Shown: piece by piece, positions 8,209 to 18,440 of the stretch
Numbering within the stretch: the stretch's first letter is position 1
Layout of the letters: the number at the start of each line of letters is the position of its first letter
Assembly: GCA_964658865.1 (NCBI GenBank)
Contig: CBAAAH010000001.1
Coordinates: forward strand, 1-56,098
DNA length: 56,098 bases
Direction of reading: 5' to 3'
Source: an uncultured Granulicella sp.
Lineage (GTDB): Bacteria > Acidobacteriota > Terriglobia > Terriglobales > Acidobacteriaceae
The notes under the pieces: model-generated
Seen by the model: only the letters and a program-made list of their open reading frames with translations
The model's database searches: none
Told to the model about the DNA's origin: nothing
Program-made: the position numbers and the translations under genes

Positions 8209-10677
8209 TTGATAAAGCGCAGGGAGTTCCTCATTCAAAGCGCCGCGGCTGCGGCGATACCCTTCTTTTGGAGGGCGGACACATTCGCCGAAGCGCAGAA
8301 GATGGCCTCATCCGCTCTCTCATCCGCACAGATTATCTGGTCGGCAGAAGTAAATCCAACACCGCTTCTTGTGGAAGGAAGCGACAGGGATAGATCCTCT
8401 TCTCCAAACGGAGTCCCCCTGAATCCCACCCCTGATCTTCATGCAGTTTTTGCGAAAAAGATCACATTGAACTCGGTGCCTAGCAAAGCGATTCTGCACC
8501 TATTTACCTTCACGCGGTATCGTCTTTACGTCAACGGCAAGTATGCCGGCCGCGGTCCAAGCCGATATCAAAATCAACGGCCTGAGTATGACAGCCGCGA
8601 TATTGGGTCATTCCTCCACGTGGGCACAAATGTAATAGCCGTCTTAGCCCACAGAGACGATCCTACGGGGCGCATCATGCGGCACGAACCGGGTTTTATT
8701 GCGAACCTCGAGATTGTTCATGGGACAGAGAAGCAGACCATCGTCACAGATTCATCCTGGCTCTCCGCTCCAGAGCGTTCCTTCGGTTCACGCTCTAAGG
8801 CATGGGCTTCTATCGAAGAACGTATTGATGCCCGCAACGGCTTCGAGTGGATGCAACCAAACCTGAAGCTGCCCATCTGGCAGCCATCGGTCGTCGCTTC
8901 CGGCAGCGGAGATGTGGTTTTTTATCCACGCAGCAGCCCGTTTCAAATTGAGACGGAGCGATCCTGGACACCCGATGCGCCGGCCTTTCCGATCGAACTC
9001 TCCGTTGGAAGCGATCTTTCTCTGCAGCTTCCCGAGATTGCGCAAGCCTATCATCTGATTGAAATGGAAGCCGAAGAGGGCAGTCTACTTGAAGTATCGT
9101 ACCGACTACCACAGGGAGAAGAAAGCGGGACCAATACCTATATTGCACGTTCCGGACTTCAAACGTACATGGGAGGAGATACTTTTGCCTTCCACAAGCT
9201 TCGGCTTCGCCTAAAGTCAGGGCGCATTCTACTTAAGCGGGTAACAGCCTTCGAGGTTCGGTACCCCTTTCAGTTGGTAGCATCGTTTGCATGCAACGAT
9301 CCCATGCTTAATCAACTGTGGCGAATCTGCGCTCGATCGCTTGAAGTTCTGAGTGAAGATTCCTACGTGGATTGCTCCGATCGTGAGCGGGTTGAGTGGA
9401 CTGAAGACAGCCCGCCAGCCTTCGACTGTACGCGGGTGATGATGCGCGGTCCGGACGAGCATGGCAATCCGCACTGGGGCGATGGCCGTCTATTACAAGG
9501 ACTCCTGCGGCGTATCGCGCTCACGCAGCAGGTCGATGGTCAGCTCAAAGCTCATAGCTGCTCCGAACGATTTGATATCCACGCGATTATGGAAGACCGT
9601 TCCTGCGATTGGGTCGTGCTGCTGCGGGAGTATCTCGAGAGCACAGACGACCATGAGCTTGGACGCGAGTTATGGCCAACCCTCACCCGGCTGCTTGACT
9701 GGTATCGAAAGAGACAAACTCCTCAAGGTTTAGTCCTCGCTCGGGAATGGGAGGTTTGGGATAATCCCCTGCGTTATGAGATGTGCGAAGGTGCCGGCCT
9801 CAACGCCATGGTGTACCGAGCGCTGGTTGACGCATCCATCGTCGCAGCTAGCATTGACAACCAGAAAGAGGCGACTGCGCTCGCCCAGGAATCCGACCGC
9901 CTGCGGTTCAACTTTAACCGATTCCTGTGGAACGACAATGAGGGTGCTTACGATGGCGCTCTGTTCGGGCTGGGCTCAGAGGTGCGTCCTCAGATGGGTA
10001 AAGCGTTCGCCGGCAAAATAACCAACGGTCGCTTTCATCCAACCGTACAGGCAAATCTGTTCGCGATCTACTCTGGTATCGTCCCATCCGAACGTCTTCC
10101 GTCGGTGAGAAAATGGGTTCTGAATCACCTAGATGATGTTCGCGGACCTATGTCCTACTACTACCTCTTCTCTATGCTTTATGCAATGAAAGATACTCAG
10201 CAGGAATTACAGGTATTGAAGCTGATGAAAGTTGCCTGGAAAAATCAGGTCGACTCCGATTGGCAGACAACCTGGGAAGAGTTGGAAGATGGAGGCGGGT
10301 CAAAAATCCATATCTATGGCATTCACCCCGCATATTTCTTGACATCTTATGTATTGGGTGCACGTCGCGAAGGCCATGTAAAGCATCGTACGATCCTGAT
10401 CGAGCCGCGCTTTTCGGGTTTGACGTGGGCGAAGGGCATTTGCGTTACTGAATTCGGTCCGGTTGACATGCACTGGAAGCTAGACGCCGATGGCAGGCCG
10501 GACATCGGCTGCATCATTCCACCGAAGGTACAAGCAAAATTGCGCCTCCGGGATCAACGTGAATTCAGCATCCTCGAAATTAATGGAAAAACTATCTCTG
10601 TTCGCACCGCGCAAGGTTGGCTGGAAGCGATTCTTCAGCCTGGGAGGAATACAATCCGGCTTCTGCCTACCGGTTAA
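8209..10677 (+). CDS. Tat-exported alpha-L-rhamnosidase-like glycoside hydrolase (GH78)
   Basis: Twin-arginine KRREFL signal; YRLYVNG; DCSDRERVEWTED (DCPxRER-like); TTWEE; (alpha/alpha)6-type C-terminus. TTG start at 8209 after AAGGA (ORF open from GTG 8191). Confidence 0.82.
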   Translation: MIKRREFLIQSAAAAAIPFFWRADTFAEAQKMASSALSSAQIIWSAEVNPTPLLVEGSDRDRSSSPNGVPLNPTPDLHAVFAKKITLNSVPSKAILHLFTFTRYRLYVNGKYAGRGPSRYQNQRPEYDSRDIGSFLHVGTNVIAVLAHRDDPTGRIMRHEPGFIANLEIVHGTEKQTIVTDSSWLSAPERSFGSRSKAWASIEERIDARNGFEWMQPNLKLPIWQPSVVASGSGDVVFYPRSSPFQIETERSWTPDAPAFPIELSVGSDLSLQLPEIAQAYHLIEMEAEEGSLLEVSYRLPQGEESGTNTYIARSGLQTYMGGDTFAFHKLRLRLKSGRILLKRVTAFEVRYPFQLVASFACNDPMLNQLWRICARSLEVLSEDSYVDCSDRERVEWTEDSPPAFDCTRVMMRGPDEHGNPHWGDGRLLQGLLRRIALTQQVDGQLKAHSCSERFDIHAIMEDRSCDWVVLLREYLESTDDHELGRELWPTLTRLLDWYRKRQTPQGLVLAREWEVWDNPLRYEMCEGAGLNAMVYRALVDASIVAASIDNQKEATALAQESDRLRFNFNRFLWNDNEGAYDGALFGLGSEVRPQMGKAFAGKITNGRFHPTVQANLFAIYSGIVPSERLPSVRKWVLNHLDDVRGPMSYYYLFSMLYAMKDTQQELQVLKLMKVAWKNQVDSDWQTTWEELEDGGGSKIHIYGIHPAYFLTSYVLGARREGHVKHRTILIEPRFSGLTWAKGICVTEFGPVDMHWKLDADGRPDIGCIIPPKVQAKLRLRDQREFSILEINGKTISVRTAQGWLEAILQPGRNTIRLLPTG

Positions 10678-11236
10678 TCCCTCAATGCAAAGGCTTTGTT
10701 GTACCCATATCGAGAAAACAGGCAAAGTAAAGAGCCTGCTCGGGCGTAGTGGCTCTGCTGCCTAACCCGTAATCTATATGCCACATGATTCGGGGTTACG
10801 ATGAAATTTGATCGCCCGATTGCAGTCAAGATCTTTGAGAGAAGAAGCGCTCTACTTCTATGTGACGGATTCTCGGTTGAAGCTATGGCTTTGCTCGAGC
10901 CATGGTAGAAATTGATAGTTGCCGTACGATTGGGAAGATTTACTTAAGTTTGTCAAAGCAGTTGGCAATCAGATGGCGGCACTCGGATCAGAACTGGACG
11001 GAAAGCCGATCAGTTCTGAGGCCATTCTTGATCGTGTCGACAGGGACATCGCGGAAGTGCCACTGTACCGGCAATATTCTGCCGTGTCACATGACGCTCC
11101 GTCATCTTGATGGAACTGCTCCGCACTCACGAGCGAATACCTTGGCCGTAACCGTGGCCCTTTTGGCGCGTAGTGGAATCTACTTCGTTCCGGTGCGCCC
11201 CTTGGTAACGAACATAGTGTGCGCCGAACATCTCCA

Positions 11237-11265
11237 CTGAAGAGTAAGCCGTTTCTTGCCGATAG
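11237..11265 (+). promoter_or_regulatory. Candidate sigma-28 (FliA-type) promoter upstream of the tad pseudopilin genes
   Basis: CTGAAG-N15-GCCGATAG, resembling TAAA-N15/16-GCCGATAA. Confidence 0.4.
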
Positions 11266-11349
11266 GCATACCCAAGGGATACAGGATTCATCGCCTGTTG
11301 AAATGTCTGCGCCCCTTCGATTTGAAGCTGGCTGCGAAACGGTCCACTT

Positions 11350-12546
11350 ATGCTTGTGTATTTCACCATTATTCTGGTTACGTTGCTTGGCTTCTGCGGC
11401 ATGGCTATCGACGTGGGCAGAATTGAATTACGAACGATCCAGTTGCAGGCGGCCGCGGATGATGGTGCGCTCACCGCTGCGGCGGAACGGCAAAGGCAAA
11501 ATAGCAGCTACATCGCGGCCACCTCCACGGAAGTTTCTTCCTTTTTAAGCCAGGCCAATCTGCCCGCAGCCACAACAGCGGTGCAATCATTCGCTTCTAC
11601 CGGTCCCTACACGGCGGACCTATCGACCTTACAGGTCACGGTGACCCAGCAAATTCCACTTTTTTTCATGGGACTCGTAACAGGCAATCGTACCAGGACG
11701 CTGACGGCGAAGGCTGTAGCCATGACCCCACCCTGTGTTTTTTTGAACTCCTACACGGGTGCGCCTTCCAATTTCTACACGGTTTATCTTCAAAGCTCGT
11801 CCTTAAAAGCCAACTGTCCCGTTTATGCGAACTCCGGTGTGAATGTAGACGGATTTTCAACACTTGGGAACTACCAGGCCAAAATTACAGGGCCTTCGAC
11901 CCGCTCTGGAGAGGTATCCGGGCATTTCAATGCCAGCCCGCTCATCTATAATTCCCCGGTATTGACCGATCCCCTAGCCTATATCACGGCACCAGCCTTC
12001 AGCGCCTGCACTTATACCGGCATGACGTATACGACATCGAAAACTATATCTCCGGGGACATACTGCGGCGGCATCACGATTAACGGGGCTTCCGTCATCA
12101 TGAATCCCGGACTCTATATCATTACCGGTGGCATGCAGATGAACAGCGCTACCCTGAGTGGGTCGGGAGTCACCATGTATTTCACCCAGGGTGGCGGTTC
12201 AGGATATGGAACATTCAAGCTTCAAACCAGCTCGGTAATGCATGTCAATGCCCCGACCGATGCGACGGGTGGCGGCATTCCGGGAGTCGTCATATTCGGC
12301 GATCGTAACTGGTCTGGAGGGGTGCGAGACTTTATTTTTTCTGATTCGACTTATCAAGGCGATGGCATTATTTACACCACGAATACAGGAATAAACGTAA
12401 GCGGCGGTGGCTTGAGCGGATACAACTACTTGGGCATCGATGCCGGCAGTATTTACCAGTATGCCTCGACCGTAAGCCCTTCCTGCAACTACTCCTCCTT
12501 GCCCGGTGGGAACCCATTTCATATTCCAGTGAGCCTTGTGCAATGA
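11350..12546 (+). CDS. TadG-like Flp pilus-associated protein
   Basis: N-terminal LLGFCGMAIDVG...LQAAADDGAL Tad motif, followed by a Gly/Thr/Ser-rich beta domain (SPGTYCGGITI, NPGLYII). Confidence 0.85.
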   Translation: MLVYFTIILVTLLGFCGMAIDVGRIELRTIQLQAAADDGALTAAAERQRQNSSYIAATSTEVSSFLSQANLPAATTAVQSFASTGPYTADLSTLQVTVTQQIPLFFMGLVTGNRTRTLTAKAVAMTPPCVFLNSYTGAPSNFYTVYLQSSSLKANCPVYANSGVNVDGFSTLGNYQAKITGPSTRSGEVSGHFNASPLIYNSPVLTDPLAYITAPAFSACTYTGMTYTTSKTISPGTYCGGITINGASVIMNPGLYIITGGMQMNSATLSGSGVTMYFTQGGGSGYGTFKLQTSSVMHVNAPTDATGGGIPGVVIFGDRNWSGGVRDFIFSDSTYQGDGIIYTTNTGINVSGGGLSGYNYLGIDAGSIYQYASTVSPSCNYSSLPGGNPFHIPVSLVQ

Positions 12547-12983
12547 AACTGTTTGATAGTGAAGAAGGCAGTGTCCTGCTGGAAGTTGCGCTAATTGCAC
12601 CGGTGATCATTGTCATGATTTTGGGTGTCGTGAACTTCGGCTTTATGCTGCAGCAGGATCTTGCCGTGGCCGACTCCGCCAGGGCGGGTGCCGCGTATGC
12701 GTTGACGTGGGGAAACCAGACCAGAACGTCGCAGATGGCCGCAGTGGCGACTGTTGCGGCAGGGAGCATTCCGAGCTATCAGGCAGCAGCCACGAACTTT
12801 TGCACCTGCGGACCGGGAGGGACTGCGATCTCATGCACCAGCTCCTGCTCCAACTATGGACAACCCACGATGTATGCCCAGGTTACTGCGACGGCAACTT
12901 TACCGGTTCTGCTTGGAACCGGAATAGGGATTCCCGTGTCTTCCGTTGCTCGCGTAAGAATCTCCTGTCCGAGTTGCTACTGA
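12543..12983 (+). CDS. TadE-like pseudopilin
   Basis: EEG|SVLLEVALIAP prepilin-peptidase motif, ARAGAAYA and a CTC..C..C cluster. ATGA overlap with the TadG-like gene. Confidence 0.88.
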   Translation: MKLFDSEEGSVLLEVALIAPVIIVMILGVVNFGFMLQQDLAVADSARAGAAYALTWGNQTRTSQMAAVATVAAGSIPSYQAAATNFCTCGPGGTAISCTSSCSNYGQPTMYAQVTATATLPVLLGTGIGIPVSSVARVRISCPSCY

Positions 12984-13456
12984 TGAGCAGAAAAATGAAC
13001 CGCACGGGAAAAAACTGGTTCCAACCCATTTCGAGATGCAGGGTCATTCCATTTCGTTTTCTTCAAAATGAAGAGGGAGGGGCGATTGTGGAGACTGCTC
13101 TCGTCATGCCTGTATTTCTTCTTCTTGTCTTTGGACTGACTAGCTTTTCCATGGTGATGTTCGGAATGTGCAATATCGCTTACGCTAGCCATTGCGCTGT
13201 CCGTTATGCATGCCTGCATAGCGCAACCAGCAGCGTGCCAACGACGATGGTAACGATGAATAACTTGATCAGCCCATATATTTATGCTTATCCGAACAAT
13301 ACCTACGCTACATCGCTCATTTACAGCGGCACGGGTAACCAGATAGGGAATACGGTAAGAGTTTCAGTAACACTCACTTATAATATCGTGAGTCCATTTT
13401 TTTCATATTCCGGCTTGAACCTCACTTCATCTGCATCTGGCATCATCATCCAGTAG
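12983..13456 (+). CDS. TadE-like pseudopilin
   Basis: NEEG|GAIVETALVMPVF motif and AVRYA. Start taken at the TGATG overlap (the track ORF begins at 12707). Confidence 0.85.
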   Translation: MSRKMNRTGKNWFQPISRCRVIPFRFLQNEEGGAIVETALVMPVFLLLVFGLTSFSMVMFGMCNIAYASHCAVRYACLHSATSSVPTTMVTMNNLISPYIYAYPNNTYATSLIYSGTGNQIGNTVRVSVTLTYNIVSPFFSYSGLNLTSSASGIIIQ

Positions 13457-13727
13457 CACTGAATTCTCTTTCACGATTGCGTGTGGTAGATAAACCCGCG
13501 ACCTTGACACGCAGCGAAAGTTGAAAATAAAGCTGGAGCTGAGAAAGCAACAATGCGCCCTCATACTTTAGAATGTCCCGCCTGCCATGCGAAGATCTAT
13601 CGCAGCAAAGCCTGTACTCTACGGGAACGAAAAGGGATAACTCAATTTTAGATCGAGCAAGCCGAAAGCAACCCCGATATCGTTCGTTTGAGCAAGCTAA
13701 ACAGAACCGTAGCGTGGATCAACTGAA

Positions 13728-14537
13728 CTAAGAGCTCCGCAGCAGCAGAAGCGGCTCAAAGCGTTGCATATCCGCAAAGGTGCAGTATTCAGGGCCGCCT
13801 AGTTCCACGATGGGCGCGGCAGCAACGATCTTCGGCAGATGAGTCTGCAGCATGTTGCGGTACGCGGCCGATTCCGCAGGGGTAAAGTCACGCACCTGAT
13901 AGGACATGGTGATGTGAAACTGGTAGGAGTTGTGGTTCTTTCCCCGGTAACCATAAACCTCGGCCAACTGGTCGCGCACCGACTGTAATTTGTCCGCCTC
14001 TGCCTGGTTTACCGGAGACATGCGCAGGGTGGCAGCCGTTGCGAAGTTGAGTGTCGCCTGCTGGTCCACCTGGACGCGAAACGGTAGTTCGCAGCGCAGC
14101 AAGACCTTTGCCATCCGTGCGCGGACCATTTCGTTGCACACGGCGATGGGTGCAGACTTCGGCACATACGCGGGCCAGCCGGTTCGCTCGCGGTCTTGGT
14201 CGTTTGCCCCGTTGAGGATGGTCATGTGGTAGCTGGGGACGGACGTGAGGCCAAGAGCATCACGAAAGGGTGCTGCTGCCAGCGCGTCATGCAGCAGCGC
14301 CATTTGATCGCGCATTAAGGATTGAGCGGGCAAGTGGGAGATGACGGTGTTCCCGGCAAACGGCTTTGTACTACCATCTGGATTGAATTTGAGTAGTGTA
14401 TCGCGAAGGGGCAAGCGCGCTGACGGCGCGGGGGGCGCATTTTGTGCCGCGAGGAACTGGCCCGAAAGAACGGCGAGGGAAGCCGCAGCAGAGCGCGACA
14501 GGAAGTTGCGACGGGAAAGACCGAGAGACGTGGGCAT
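13728..14537 (-). CDS. Tat-exported 2H-phosphoesterase (DUF1868-like)
   Basis: SRRNFL Tat motif; KFNPDG..PFAGNTVISHL; two HxT motifs (SYHMTI, FHITMSY); AGGAGA RBS. Confidence 0.82.
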   Translation of the reverse strand: MPTSLGLSRRNFLSRSAAASLAVLSGQFLAAQNAPPAPSARLPLRDTLLKFNPDGSTKPFAGNTVISHLPAQSLMRDQMALLHDALAAAPFRDALGLTSVPSYHMTILNGANDQDRERTGWPAYVPKSAPIAVCNEMVRARMAKVLLRCELPFRVQVDQQATLNFATAATLRMSPVNQAEADKLQSVRDQLAEVYGYRGKNHNSYQFHITMSYQVRDFTPAESAAYRNMLQTHLPKIVAAAPIVELGGPEYCTFADMQRFEPLLLLRSS

Positions 14538-14624
14538 GCAGAGATCTCCTTAAAGGCTGCAACGAAAGTTCAATGCAGGAAGCAGCTTGTTTTGCTGCCT
14601 CCTGCAGAGAGAATCCCGCTCTGT

Positions 14625-17600
14625 TTAGAATCCGAGCCGCAGGGCGAGCTGCACCTGGCGCGACGGATACACACTGGTTGAGCCGGTAAAGCTGCCAAAG
14701 CCGGCGTTGTAACTCGGCGCGCCAGAGGTGCTGTTCAACGAGCCGATGTTTACCGTCGGGCTGATGTAGTTGGTCGCGTTCAGCACGTTGAACGCCTCAA
14801 TGCGGAATTCGGCGAAGTAGCGCTCGGCCGGCAGTGTGAACCGCTTGTGCGCCGACAGGTCGAACTGTCCGAATGCCGGCCCACGCAGCAGGTTTCGACC
14901 GGCCGTTCCAAAAATCTGCGTTCCCGAAGGAATCGCCAATCCCGTGGGCGCAGTCGTGCCGGAACCCGGTGTAAAGAAGCCGTTCAGCGAACTGTTCGTC
15001 TTCACGAAGTTGTGGCCGTACACTGCAGACGCAGGACCGGTCAGGTTGGGACGCAGCGCATAGGCCTGGCTGGTGGTGGAGACGACCTGGTTGCTGCTTG
15101 CCGTGTAATTCAGGTTAATGGGGACACCGCTCGTTACCACGTTGATGCCGGTGAGCTGCCAGCCGCCGAGGATCTGCTGTTGCCAGCCCGGTGCGTTGTT
15201 GCCGAAGCGCTGCCCGTGACCGAATGGAAGGTCGACGATCGCCGAGGTCGTATTGTTGAGCGGTTGGTTATAGCCACTGGGTCCGCGATCTCCCTGTGGG
15301 TTGGCGATGTTCACCAGGGAACTGTCGCCGTTCTGGGTCTCCAGATCGGCTGAATTAAGGTCGATGCCACGCGACCAGGTAAACGAATTGATCAGGAAAA
15401 AACCGTGGCTAAAGTGCCGTTCCAGCTTGGTCTGCAGCGAATTGTAGACAAGAAAGCCCGCATTGGTCTCGGTCAGAATGTCCGTGAAGTTGGCGATGGG
15501 GCGGCGATTCAACAATGACGTGGTGCACTGGCCCTGGGCCGCAACCGGAATCTCAGAGGCCAGGCAGGTCCGCGCTTGGTTGGTGTCGGCAAGTGAGGCA
15601 ATGTGCACGGTATGGTTGCCGACATAGGCCACTTCCAGCGCCGTCTGAAACGGCAACTCCTGTTGCACGCCAAGGTGAAAGGCTTGCACGTAGGTGGGTT
15701 TAAAGTCACGCGGCGTGTAACGCGTTTGCGCCTTTGTGGTAGAGAAGTTTGTCGGTCCGGCAAAGTTGGTCTGGTATCCATCCTGTGTGCGGCGGAAGCA
15801 GGTCGTTGGGTCCTGCAGCAGAGACGTGCAGATGCCCTGGCTCGGCGTTTGATTTGATGGCAGCGTTGCGGTGTAATTATTTGGTCCGTTATACGCCAGC
15901 AGGCCTTCTCCTCCAAAGCGGAAGAGATAGGCATAGCTGATGCCGTAACCGCCGCGGATGACCGTGTGCGCATTCACCTGTTCCGCAAAGCCGATGCGCG
16001 GGCCGAAGTTCTTATAGTTTGGGTTCACCAGCGCGCGGTCTGCGAGCGAGTTTCCGCCAACATAGTGCAGGTTGTACACATGTCCTGGAGCCGTGCTGTT
16101 GACGTCGGTTCCGTTACCGGCAGCGAGCAGGCGCTTATTTATCGGATCGAAGTTGAAGAACTTGTTGTCCTGCTCATAGTTCGGCGACATAAACTCATAA
16201 CGAAGTCCAAGATTCAGGGTGAGTGAGGGAAGTGGCTTCCAGTCATCCTGAATGTAGCCCATGTGCCAATAACGCAGATAGTTGACCTCGTTCGGTGCAT
16301 TCAACTGGTAATTGCTGCGTGCACCGAATAAGAAGTCCGTCAGGTTCGCCGCCTGCGCCGTGGTCGCGGTGCCGGTCGAGCTGAATGCGCCGGCATAAGT
16401 ATCTGTGCCGAACTTCGGGTGGAAGTCGGAAATTGCCTGGCTCAGCCAGCCGTATTCATACCCGACCTTCAGGCTGTGGCGGCCCTTGACCCAGGTGTAG
16501 TTCACCTTGGGATTCGCTTGAGTTGGGTTGTTGAACTGCGGATTGGTCGCTTGTTCGCCAAATGAGGTAAATCCAGAGACAGCCTGATTATTCAGGCCAC
16601 CCGTGTACGCCGGGTCCTGCGGTACGTTTGGAATGCCGGCGAGAAAGTTGGGCGCACCCAGAAAGACGGGCTGCTTGCCGCTCGCCGTCCAGGTCTGGCC
16701 GAAGCGCAGTTCCAGAATGGACGTTGGCGTCAGCGTCCAATTAAATCCCGCGGCAATCTGCCGTGTGCGGGCATAGAGCGTGCCATTGTTGTTGCCGCCG
16801 GCAGTGCCGGGAAACGATGGCGGCTGAAAGTAAGTCACCGCACGCTGGCTGTAACGAACGAAGCCGTTCTGTCGCTCGTTCCGTGTGAAGTCGACACGCG
16901 CATCGCCCTTGTCGTCTACCGTCGGTGCCGCTGGAAGGTACTGGAAGTTTGCCGCAGTCAGACCGGCACCGGCGATGTTCGGCGTTGGCAACTGCTTAAA
17001 AACGGCCAGCGCCACAGGATCGATATTGGCATCGTTCAGCGGCACCTGGCCATTGGCATATACCGCGCCGGTGTATGGATTTTTTACGGGCACGGGCGTG
17101 CCTCCCGCCTGGCCATTTGTTGTGAACAGGCCGGTCAACTCCGCCGCTGTCGGCAGCGTCGCCGTCGTTAGCGAGTGCGATACCGCGCGCAGACCCTCGT
17201 AATCCACAAAGAAAAACAGGCGGTCTTTTAGGACGGGCCCACCGAGGCGCGCACCGAACTGGTTCTGCACCAGGCGGGGTTTCACGCCTGTTCCATAGAA
17301 CGGGCCGAACGCATTCAGAATCGTGTTGCGGAGGTAGTCGTACGCCACGCCATGCAGGTCGTTGCTGCCGCTGCGTGTCGTCGCGTTGATGATGGCACCA
17401 CCCGCACGGCCATACTCCGCGGAGTAATTATCGGTCTGCACCTTGAACTCAGACAACGCATCCGGCGATGGAATGACCGCTTGGTTGCTGTATCCCTGGT
17501 TCGCTTCCTGGTAGGCGTTGTTGTCGATGCCGTCCAACTCAAAGTTGTTGTCCATCGAGCTCAAGCCGTTTACGTTGTACGAAGCATCGCGCGGCGGGTT

Positions 17601-18155
17601 CGATGCAACTGTAGCAATCAGGGACCGGCGGACGCCGGGTACAAGTTGTGCCAGATCCGCATAAGACCGGCCATTCAGCGGCAGAGCCACGGCTTCCGTG
17701 CCTTGGACGGTTTCGCCCCGGTCACTGGTGTCCGCTTCCAGCCGGCTCGCAGCGCCGGAAACGGTTACGGATTCATTGGCCGTGCCCAGGTTTAACGCAA
17801 GGTCTACGCGCTGCCGGGCACCCACGCTTACGCGAAACACGTCCGTCTTCGATACCTGAAATCCCTGCGCGGTAACGGACAGGGTGTAGTCTCCGGGTTG
17901 CACGCTGTCGAACTCGTAACCGCCACTGCTGTCCGTCTGATGGGTGACGTGCACCCCTTTGGCTACGTTCACCAGCTCGACCGTAGCCGCACCGATGGTC
18001 GCGCCAGAGGGGTCCTTGATGCTTCCAAGAACCGCGCCGGAGTCGAACTGTGCATGTGCGATGGAAGCCCCACTCAACGCTAGCGCCGATGCCGCCAGCA
18101 GCGTGGGAACGGTTCGCCAGGAAAAGTGTTGGATAGAAAAACGTGCTGCCGTCAT
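14625..18155 (-). CDS. TonB-dependent receptor (Oar-like, N-terminal carboxypeptidase-regulatory-like domain)
   Basis: Signal peptide (AHA-Q), LPLNGRSY, NNFELDGIDNN, YSAEYGRAGG, QDDWK..LTLNLGLRYE and C-terminal RQVQLALRLGF. ATG 18155 follows AAGGAG. Confidence 0.93.
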   Translation of the reverse strand: MTAARFSIQHFSWRTVPTLLAASALALSGASIAHAQFDSGAVLGSIKDPSGATIGAATVELVNVAKGVHVTHQTDSSGGYEFDSVQPGDYTLSVTAQGFQVSKTDVFRVSVGARQRVDLALNLGTANESVTVSGAASRLEADTSDRGETVQGTEAVALPLNGRSYADLAQLVPGVRRSLIATVASNPPRDASYNVNGLSSMDNNFELDGIDNNAYQEANQGYSNQAVIPSPDALSEFKVQTDNYSAEYGRAGGAIINATTRSGSNDLHGVAYDYLRNTILNAFGPFYGTGVKPRLVQNQFGARLGGPVLKDRLFFFVDYEGLRAVSHSLTTATLPTAAELTGLFTTNGQAGGTPVPVKNPYTGAVYANGQVPLNDANIDPVALAVFKQLPTPNIAGAGLTAANFQYLPAAPTVDDKGDARVDFTRNERQNGFVRYSQRAVTYFQPPSFPGTAGGNNNGTLYARTRQIAAGFNWTLTPTSILELRFGQTWTASGKQPVFLGAPNFLAGIPNVPQDPAYTGGLNNQAVSGFTSFGEQATNPQFNNPTQANPKVNYTWVKGRHSLKVGYEYGWLSQAISDFHPKFGTDTYAGAFSSTGTATTAQAANLTDFLFGARSNYQLNAPNEVNYLRYWHMGYIQDDWKPLPSLTLNLGLRYEFMSPNYEQDNKFFNFDPINKRLLAAGNGTDVNSTAPGHVYNLHYVGGNSLADRALVNPNYKNFGPRIGFAEQVNAHTVIRGGYGISYAYLFRFGGEGLLAYNGPNNYTATLPSNQTPSQGICTSLLQDPTTCFRRTQDGYQTNFAGPTNFSTTKAQTRYTPRDFKPTYVQAFHLGVQQELPFQTALEVAYVGNHTVHIASLADTNQARTCLASEIPVAAQGQCTTSLLNRRPIANFTDILTETNAGFLVYNSLQTKLERHFSHGFFLINSFTWSRGIDLNSADLETQNGDSSLVNIANPQGDRGPSGYNQPLNNTTSAIVDLPFGHGQRFGNNAPGWQQQILGGWQLTGINVVTSGVPINLNYTASSNQVVSTTSQAYALRPNLTGPASAVYGHNFVKTNSSLNGFFTPGSGTTAPTGLAIPSGTQIFGTAGRNLLRGPAFGQFDLSAHKRFTLPAERYFAEFRIEAFNVLNATNYISPTVNIGSLNSTSGAPSYNAGFGSFTGSTSVYPSRQVQLALRLGF

Positions 18156-18440
18156 ATGGCGCTCCTTAAAAGTATTGCAAGACTCGTACCGACCCGCTTC
18201 CTGTTCAGCCACCATCGAACGATAAGGGATGCACCGGGCTGGATCGTGTTGTCAGCTAGAACCTAGCAGCGGCAGGCAATACTAAGGATCAATTCACGGA
18301 GACTTCGCCGTTACACCGCACAACTTATTTTTGCTGAACAAGTTACCGTCTGTTCATGTATCCCGATACAGTAAATAGGTCATGAATTATTCATCTGCGA
18401 TTCATCGAACTCTGCTGAACTTGTCGCGAGAGGAGAACAC

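Noticed and set aside
10801-11110. Short ORFs, including LPYDWEDLLKF..., possibly a decayed gene
   Set aside because: Interrupted by stops and not assignable by eye.
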